A stretch of 64,000 bases of DNA from an uncultured Methanosarcinaceae archaeon (lineage in GTDB: Archaea > Halobacteriota > Methanosarcinia > Methanosarcinales > Methanosarcinaceae), in contig CAWJYV010000002.1 in the NCBI GenBank assembly GCA_963847185.1, positions 96,001 through 160,000 on the forward strand, in the 5' to 3' direction. Numbering within the stretch: the first letter of the stretch is position 1; each line of letters starts with the position of its first letter. The notes under the pieces were generated by a model that ran no database searches, was not told the DNA's origin, and saw only the letters and a program-made list of their open reading frames with translations. The position numbers were made by a program, and so were the translations under genes. Below are positions 55,139-64,000 of this stretch, one piece after another.

Positions 55139-55494
55139 GATTTTTCAAATACTCCCTAATTGAATATGAAATGAAATATAGTTCTGGTTAAATTAAATCC
55201 AGAATTCAGGAGCTTCCAAATATCCTGAAAGGATATAAAAGATACTTAGCCCCTTTATCTAGAATAGTCCTGAGACTGATAACTCTCTACAGGATGAACA
55301 AGTCTGTATTTGATAAGAGTGAGTACCGGATATCCTATAATTAACAGGACATTACGATGCGATCAACAATGATCCTTTAGTAAAATACTCCTGATCAAGC
55401 AGTACAGCTTATCAATATGTAATATATCAGGTTCAGGCAGATAAAACCCTACCTGGTATAGATGTTTGTCTTTTGACAGAGATGTACTGGATAA

Positions 55495-56037
55495 TCAGGC
55501 TGGCCCGACAAGCGGCTCAATAGCAACTCTAAGAATATCCAGAATCTGGTACTGGTTCCATTTTTCAGAATCAATAACAATATCGTAAATAGAGAGGTCT
55601 GCAATGTCAATATTATAATAGTTCAGGTAACGAAGAGCTTCGGATTTTTCCCTGAGAACTGTTTTTTTGTACTCCTCATCAAAAGATTCTGATTTTTCAC
55701 GTCTCTGAATACGCTTCACACGGACAGATAATGGAGCCTTTATCCAGATTTTCAGCACACCAGGAACTCCTGACGCCATGTGCCCTGCAAGCCGGCTTTC
55801 GAGAACAAGATTATCCTGACTGCGGACGATATCTCTCTGACTCTTATCAATAGCCAGGTCAATTGACGGATCTTTCTCAGCCATAGTTCCAAACTCTGCA
55901 AGGTTCATTCCTTTTTCTTTGGCTATCCTCCTGAATGCTTCACCCGAAGAGATCAATTCAAGTTCGTAGTACTCTGAAAGGAGTCTTGAGATAGTGGATG
56001 TCCCGCTTCCGGGAAGCCCACTTACTGTTATCTTCAT
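55495..56037 (-). CDS. cmk: Archaeal cytidylate kinase
   Basis: MKITVSGLPGSGTST and ESRLAG; TGATG overlap with the upstream gene. Confidence 0.94.
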   Translation of the reverse strand: MKITVSGLPGSGTSTISRLLSEYYELELISSGEAFRRIAKEKGMNLAEFGTMAEKDPSIDLAIDKSQRDIVRSQDNLVLESRLAGHMASGVPGVLKIWIKAPLSVRVKRIQRREKSESFDEEYKKTVLREKSEALRYLNYYNIDIADLSIYDIVIDSEKWNQYQILDILRVAIEPLVGPA

Positions 56038-56657
56038 CAGACACCACCAATGTTTAATGCTTTTCTGATAAGCTGGCTGACTCCCAGAGAGGATATGAAG
56101 TACCAGTAGATCCAGTGCTGGAAAGGACCAAAAGCCGTAGACGTGAGCAGCTGTTCTCCCCAGAAAGGAAAGACCATAGTAGCAGATCCATGCCCGCTGA
56201 TGTAATAGTAAGCCCACATGAAAAGAGGAAGAGAAATGATACTGATATAAGCCATGGGCTTGAATTGCTGCTTGGACATTTTCATCTGATCTTCCATCAT
56301 CTCTTTGCGCTGATCTTCAAGCTTTTTCAACATGTAAGTGTTCTGAGATAGCTGTGCCTCCCTGAATTCCTTCTGAAAAACCTTCATGCGATCCTGAGTA
56401 TTCCTCATAAGATCCCAGTCAATTGTATATTTCTGGATAAGGGATGCATAGATAGCAGTAATAGCCGCCATTACTAAAAGAATTAGATGAAAATTCCCCT
56501 GTCCAACCAGAGCAAGTACAGGATTCATAATAATACCGACGATTTTCCCAACAGACTCCCGGAAAGACTGTCCAAGGATCATTATCCCGAACATAAGGGA
56601 AAAACCGAAAGCCAGCAGGAACCGGTCAATTTGCTTTTTTAATGTCTCTGAAACCAA
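56037..56657 (-). CDS. DUF106 / EMC3-TMCO1-Oxa1-family membrane insertase-like protein
   Basis: TM - coiled coil - QFKPM - WIYWYFISS..SQLIRK pattern; conserved position between adk and cmk. Confidence 0.85.
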   Translation of the reverse strand: MVSETLKKQIDRFLLAFGFSLMFGIMILGQSFRESVGKIVGIIMNPVLALVGQGNFHLILLVMAAITAIYASLIQKYTIDWDLMRNTQDRMKVFQKEFREAQLSQNTYMLKKLEDQRKEMMEDQMKMSKQQFKPMAYISIISLPLFMWAYYYISGHGSATMVFPFWGEQLLTSTAFGPFQHWIYWYFISSLGVSQLIRKALNIGGV

Positions 56658-56995
56658 GTTGTTCTCACCATTCAGACTTGATAGTTATTCTTATTCCTTT
56701 AAATATGGAAGAATCATAACAGATAAAACCTTTATAAACTCAAGATATTAATAAATCAGCTCAGAACGCGAGCTGGCTTAGAATGATTACGCATATTTTT
56801 CTGGTTAATAAGTTTCGATGTATATATAAGTTATACTATTCAGTTAAATTTAGATTGAGTTCTCTCCTGAACAAATCTGGAAAAAACCAGATAAAACACA
56901 AAACACAGTGAAAAACCAGATCCAAATTAAAAACCCCGGAAAGAATAGGAAATACAGAAAGTGTGGAAAATACGGGAAACATAAGAAGCAACGAG

Positions 56996-57098
56996 ATTCT
57001 GTCCCATAAATTAGTCCTCTTGAGCGAAGCGAAAAGGACGGCGGGCTCCCGAATCGCAACTCGGGTATCGCAATTCGGGCGGCGCAACTTGGGTGGCA
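56996..57098 (+). repeat. Dispersed palindrome-rich intergenic repeat, copy C
   Basis: ATTAGTCCTCTTGAGCGAAGCGAAAAGGACGGCGGGCTCCCGAATCGCAACTCGGG... Confidence 0.75.
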
Positions 57099-57197
57099 TA
57101 GGTTTAAATAATTTCTCATATTTTATCATAAAAAGATATTCTAGCCTAAAAGATAGGATATCCAAACTCATTAATGCAGGCGCTAAGAGGAGTAAAA

Positions 57198-57815
57198 ATG
57201 AATCTTGCAAACCCCCACGGACAATTTCCTAAAATAAGCGATAAGGCCTGGATATTCGATACTGCACTTATAATCGGAGACGTTACTATTGAAGAAGACG
57301 TATTTGTCGGGCCAAATGCCGTAATAAGGGCAGACGAACCCGGATCTTCAATAGTAATTTCCAGTGGTTGCAACGTGCAGGATAATGTAGTGATTCATTC
57401 CCTTTCCAACTCGGAAGTAAGGATAGGAAATAACACGTCTTTAGCCCATGGATGCATTGTGCACGGCCCCTGCCAGATAGAAGAAAACTGTTTTATCGGG
57501 TTCGGAGCTGTGGTATTTGACTGTAATGTAGGAAAAGACGCTCTGGTCCTCCACAGATCAGTTGTTCGCGGAGTAGATATCTCAGAAGAAAAAGTTGTGC
57601 CTGACGGAGCCGTCATTACAAGTCCTGAAGCCGCAAGCGCCCTTGAAGATCTCACAAAAGACCTGGCAGATTTCAAAGAATCCGTAATCAGAGCAAACAT
57701 TGAACTCGTAAAAGGATACACAGACCTGCAAATTGGAGCTGAAGATATCCTGTTAAGTACATTCCAGGAAAGCGAGCCAGAAGAAACTGAAAGTCTTGGA
57801 GAATACGAATTATAA
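57198..57815 (+). CDS. Gamma-class carbonic anhydrase (CamH-type, no signal peptide)
   Basis: Hexapeptide repeats with IRAD, NVQDNVVIH and LAHGCIVHG zinc-ligand motifs; GAGGAG RBS before ATG 57198. Confidence 0.88.
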   Translation: MNLANPHGQFPKISDKAWIFDTALIIGDVTIEEDVFVGPNAVIRADEPGSSIVISSGCNVQDNVVIHSLSNSEVRIGNNTSLAHGCIVHGPCQIEENCFIGFGAVVFDCNVGKDALVLHRSVVRGVDISEEKVVPDGAVITSPEAASALEDLTKDLADFKESVIRANIELVKGYTDLQIGAEDILLSTFQESEPEETESLGEYEL

Positions 57816-57869
57816 AACAACTAATAAACAACTAATAAACAACTAATAAACAACTAATAAACAACTAAT
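57815..57869 (+). repeat. Perfect 11-bp tandem repeat x5
   Basis: (AAACAACTAAT)5 beginning in the stop codon. Confidence 0.95.
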
Positions 57870-57983
57870 TTTTAACGTTTGACCAATTTTAGAACCCTGA
57901 TTATTGCACTTGATTCACGAGCTTACAAATAGCTGACACATAAATATCATTCCCTACAGCAGGCCAAAATACAAAAAAACATG

Positions 57984-58064
57984 AAATCTGTCCTATAGAT
58001 TAGTCTGCTTGAGCGAGCGAAGCGAGTGAAACGGACAGCGGGCTCCCGAATCGCAATTCGGGAA
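57984..58064 (+). repeat. Dispersed palindrome-rich intergenic repeat, copy D
   Basis: ATTAGTCTGCTTGAGCGAGCGAAGCGAG...GGCTCCCGAATCGCAATTCGGGA. Confidence 0.75.
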
Positions 58065-58343
58065 CTACAGATATTTCCCATCCAATTTATTCAGAACTTC
58101 TTTTCCTGTGTCTGTCAAAGTATACTTCTTCCATGTGGTTTTATCCGGAGTCAAACAATGGATTAAACCTTTGCTTTCAAGCTCTTTTAAAGCATGACTG
58201 ATATTCTGTGTGGATCTGCTCGCCTCATGGGCAATATCCGAAGCACGCACAAAGGTATGCCTTTTCATGGACTCCATGAGAATTAAACGGCGGTCAACAC
58301 TGATAACCCAGTTAATCAGTTCTTCAATTGAATTTTCAGTCAT
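58065..58343 (-). CDS. Small winged-helix transcriptional regulator (MarR/ArsR-like)
   Basis: ASDIAHEASRSTQNISHALKELESKGLI...YTLTDTG. Confidence 0.82.
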   Translation of the reverse strand: MTENSIEELINWVISVDRRLILMESMKRHTFVRASDIAHEASRSTQNISHALKELESKGLIHCLTPDKTTWKKYTLTDTGKEVLNKLDGKYL

Positions 58344-58471
58344 GTGAATTCGAATTCTCCGTCGTATAGTTCTTGTTGACATAAATAGCGTCATAATACT
58401 TAAATATTAATTGTTTGAATCGAATGAAAAATAAAGAAGCTGAGACTTATCATCAAACAATATTGATAAAA

Positions 58472-58542
58472 AAGGAAGCAGGATACAAAAGGAATAAAGA
58501 AAAGAAGGAAGCAGGATACAAAAGGAATAAAGAAAAGAAGGA
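58472..58542 (+). repeat. 33-bp tandem duplication in a purine-rich spacer
   Basis: AAGGAAGCAGGATACAAAAGGAATAAAGAAAAG x2 plus a partial third unit. Confidence 0.85.
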
Positions 58543-58644
58543 CGGGATATAGTAAAGTCAGAAGAAAAATTCCAATTAAAAAAATAATCAAAGGAAAAAC
58601 AAAATAACAGCAACTAAGGAAAAAAATGGAAAAAAGGGAAGATT

Positions 58645-59292
58645 TCAGGAAAGCTTTGCAAGAGCTGCCTTAATATCTTCTAAAACCTCATCTATATCCT
58701 TGGTTCCGTCAAGAGTTACCAGGATGCCCTGTTTTGCATAATAGTTGATAAGGGGCTGAGTCTGTTTCTTGTAAACGTTCAGGCGGTTCTGAACAGCCTC
58801 TTCTTTATCATCGGCACGCTGGTAAACTTCGCTCCCACAGATGTCACAGATATCATCCTTTTTTGGCGGATTGAAAGTTCTGTGGTAGCTTGTGCCGCAC
58901 TTGCACATCAACCTGCCACTTATTCTTTCAACAAGCTCTTCATCAGGCACTTCAAGATTGAGAACAATATCTATAGGTTTTTTGATCTCATCCAGAATGA
59001 CTGCAAGAGCATCTGCCTGAGGGATAGTTCTTGGATAACCGTCAAGAATGAAACCCTTTTTGCAGTCATCTTCCTTAAGGCGGTTCTTAATAATGCCTAT
59101 GAGCACATTGTCAGGAACAAGTTCCCCTTTGTCCATGTATGCCTTGGCTGCAAGGCCCAGTTCGGTTCCTTCTCTTACATTTGCCCGCAGGATATCACCT
59201 GTGGAAATCTGCGGAATTCCGTAGAAACCAACCATTTTTTTGGCCTGGGTGCCTTTTCCGGCACCCGGGGGCCCGAAGAGTATTATATTCAT
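58645..59292 (-). CDS. adk: Adenylate kinase (bacterial-type, Zn-lid)
   Basis: GPPGAGKGTQA, STGDILR and LDGYPRT. Confidence 0.97.
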   Translation of the reverse strand: MNIILFGPPGAGKGTQAKKMVGFYGIPQISTGDILRANVREGTELGLAAKAYMDKGELVPDNVLIGIIKNRLKEDDCKKGFILDGYPRTIPQADALAVILDEIKKPIDIVLNLEVPDEELVERISGRLMCKCGTSYHRTFNPPKKDDICDICGSEVYQRADDKEEAVQNRLNVYKKQTQPLINYYAKQGILVTLDGTKDIDEVLEDIKAALAKLS

Positions 59293-59365
59293 TCGAAGAT
59301 CCCCGTTATTATGTCCTTTAGTTTGATTGTTTCCATATTGAATCAGTTTATTTATGCAGAAACCC

Positions 59366-60847
59366 TTACTGCTCCCCGAAGAAGGAACGGATCATCGGAT
59401 GCATCTCCATCATCTGTTCCGAGGCAATATCCTCATACAGACGATACACAATACTTACAGTGAGCAACAGTCCAGTACCACCTGCACTTCCAAGGGTACC
59501 AAGCAGGCTTGCAATCAGGGTAAGTACCCCTATGAAAGCTCCACCTATTACGGTAACTTTTGGAATATAGCGCTGCATGACTTTTTCAATGCTACTGATA
59601 TTTCTCCTGAAACCCGGTATCTGCATGCCGGAATTAAAGATTTTCTGAGCTGTAGGTTTGGCGCCCATGCCTGTCGTCTCTATCCAGAAGAGGGCAAAGA
59701 TGATACCTCCTACAATCAGAAACATAGCATCTATAAAGACGTGAAGTATGATCTGCCAGGAAGCAGGGGCAGCCGCCCCATAGCTTGCGAAGGTTTCCCG
59801 TACAAGAGACGGTATCCAGTCATAAGGGCTGTTTATGGGAGCAAAGTAATACATGATCCCGTTTAGTGGCTTTGAGCCGCTGAACTCCCCAAGGAATGTA
59901 ATTCCCCGGCTTGCAAGGATAATTCCTACCATCTGAATATTAGCCTGAAGAGCTCTGACAAGAATCATGGGCAGAACTGAGGCATATATGAGCTTGACAG
60001 GGAAGCGGCCCCTTGCCCCTCTCACCGCACTGTGAGCAAGAGGAATTTCTATTCTCGTACTTTCCACATACACGACAAGCATGAAAATGACAACCGTGCT
60101 CAGCAGTGCAAGGATCCCTCCGTTGACGAGCATGAACATTATACCCTCTCCTGAAAAGAGGTAGTCAGCTCCAATATTCTGGACAATGTAAACCCACTTC
60201 GGAATCAGTCCTATAGGAATTCCCGAAGTTGGATCAGATTCCCAGTTAATTATTCCTGTAACGATCTGCTGAGAGATTCCCGCAACAATGAAAAGTCCGA
60301 CTCCTGATCCTATGCCCCATTTGGAGACAACTTCATCCATGAAGAGGACCAGTACGCCTCCTACAAAGATCTGGACAAGGAGCAGAAAGGTGATTACTCC
60401 CAGGCCTACACCAAGACTAGAAGCAAGCCCTGAATCCGGCTGGATGTACCCACCAAGAAGCTGCGGCAGAGCTTCCAGTATGATCATAACAAATACAAGG
60501 AATTTCTGAGCTCCCTGAAAGAACGCCTGATCTTTGGGATCAGAAAGGTCCATTTTGATAATATCTGCCCCGACAAGAAGCTGCAGGACAATTGAAGCCG
60601 TGACAATCGGTCCTATTCCGAGAAGAATTAAAGATCCCGAAGCCCCGGCAAAGAAGGCGCGGTAAGATTCAAAAAGGTCAACCGAATCCTGAGACATCCC
60701 GAAGAGCGGCACATTTGCCAGAGCAAAGTACAGCACCAGAACTCCCAGAGTCCACCACAGTTTATCCTTAAAGTGGACGTGTTTTTCCGGACTTGCTACT
60801 GCAGGTAACTTGTTAAAAAATGGTTCTAAGGTATCCCTGAGAGTCAT
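59366..60847 (-). CDS. secY: Preprotein translocase SecY
   Basis: LGIGPIVTASIVLQLL, KWGIGSGVGLFI, PVKLIYAS and GTGLLLTV. Confidence 0.98.
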   Translation of the reverse strand: MTLRDTLEPFFNKLPAVASPEKHVHFKDKLWWTLGVLVLYFALANVPLFGMSQDSVDLFESYRAFFAGASGSLILLGIGPIVTASIVLQLLVGADIIKMDLSDPKDQAFFQGAQKFLVFVMIILEALPQLLGGYIQPDSGLASSLGVGLGVITFLLLVQIFVGGVLVLFMDEVVSKWGIGSGVGLFIVAGISQQIVTGIINWESDPTSGIPIGLIPKWVYIVQNIGADYLFSGEGIMFMLVNGGILALLSTVVIFMLVVYVESTRIEIPLAHSAVRGARGRFPVKLIYASVLPMILVRALQANIQMVGIILASRGITFLGEFSGSKPLNGIMYYFAPINSPYDWIPSLVRETFASYGAAAPASWQIILHVFIDAMFLIVGGIIFALFWIETTGMGAKPTAQKIFNSGMQIPGFRRNISSIEKVMQRYIPKVTVIGGAFIGVLTLIASLLGTLGSAGGTGLLLTVSIVYRLYEDIASEQMMEMHPMIRSFFGEQ

Positions 60848-60981
60848 CGATTACACCATTCAAATACAATTTATTTATACTGTTTTAATATTAGACTATT
60901 ATTTACCGTATGGTATATAGCACATCTAATATGAAAAAGTTACCAAAAGAATGTAAATAAGTAATGTCAGAATGACATTAC

Positions 60982-63953
<2,972 letters not shown>

Positions 63954-63960
63954 AACCACC

Positions 63961-64000
63961 TCAAGGCTTCTGCACTATGTAGATTCCATCCTGGAAAGTC
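63961..64000 (-). CDS. rpl6: 50S ribosomal protein L6, 3' end only
   Basis: Manual translation ...[12 protein letters not shown]; expected position upstream of L32e. Confidence 0.88.
   Translation of the reverse strand, partial: TFQDGIYIVQKP

Noticed and set aside
57815-57869. Short tandem repeats (also 49089-49151 and 58472-58542) as a CRISPR array
   Set aside because: Units are contiguous with no unique spacers, and no cas genes are present.

Overview
Chromosomal window from a Methanosarcina-like methanogen. In order it holds: the 5' part of an mfnD-like ATP-grasp gene; the Hsp70 locus (frameshifted membrane ORF, grpE, dnaK, dnaJ); a potassium-uptake block (kdpA-B-C, a KdpD lacking its histidine-kinase module, a convergent KimA-like transporter, trkA-trkH); lipid and F420 genes (geranylgeranyl reductase + ferredoxin, cofC-cofH-cofH-cofG, a CrtI-like reductase + ferredoxin); and the fpoA-O operon. 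A ~14 kb accessory surface-protein region follows, then two tRNA-Leu, rpoD/S11/S4/S13, tRNA-Ser, cbf5, cmk, a DUF106 gene, a gamma-carbonic anhydrase, adk, secY and spc-operon ribosomal proteins. The most notable feature is 37.7-48.0 kb. Three different secreted proteins (a papain-family protease, a Methanosarcina-type beta-propeller, a YVTN beta-propeller) and one decayed gene all end in almost the same dockerin-like module. They sit directly upstream of a secreted protein with one N-terminal cohesin-like domain and nine PKD domains. This is a candidate archaeal cohesin-dockerin surface display system, and its cassettes are punctuated by relics of the fpoO 3' end and terminator. Also notable: the kinase-less KdpD with no kdpE/kdpF, and a cofG that seems to need a non-AUG start. 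Several single-base frameshifts, including one in grpE, may be sequencing errors. All domain assignments are by eye, with no database searches.
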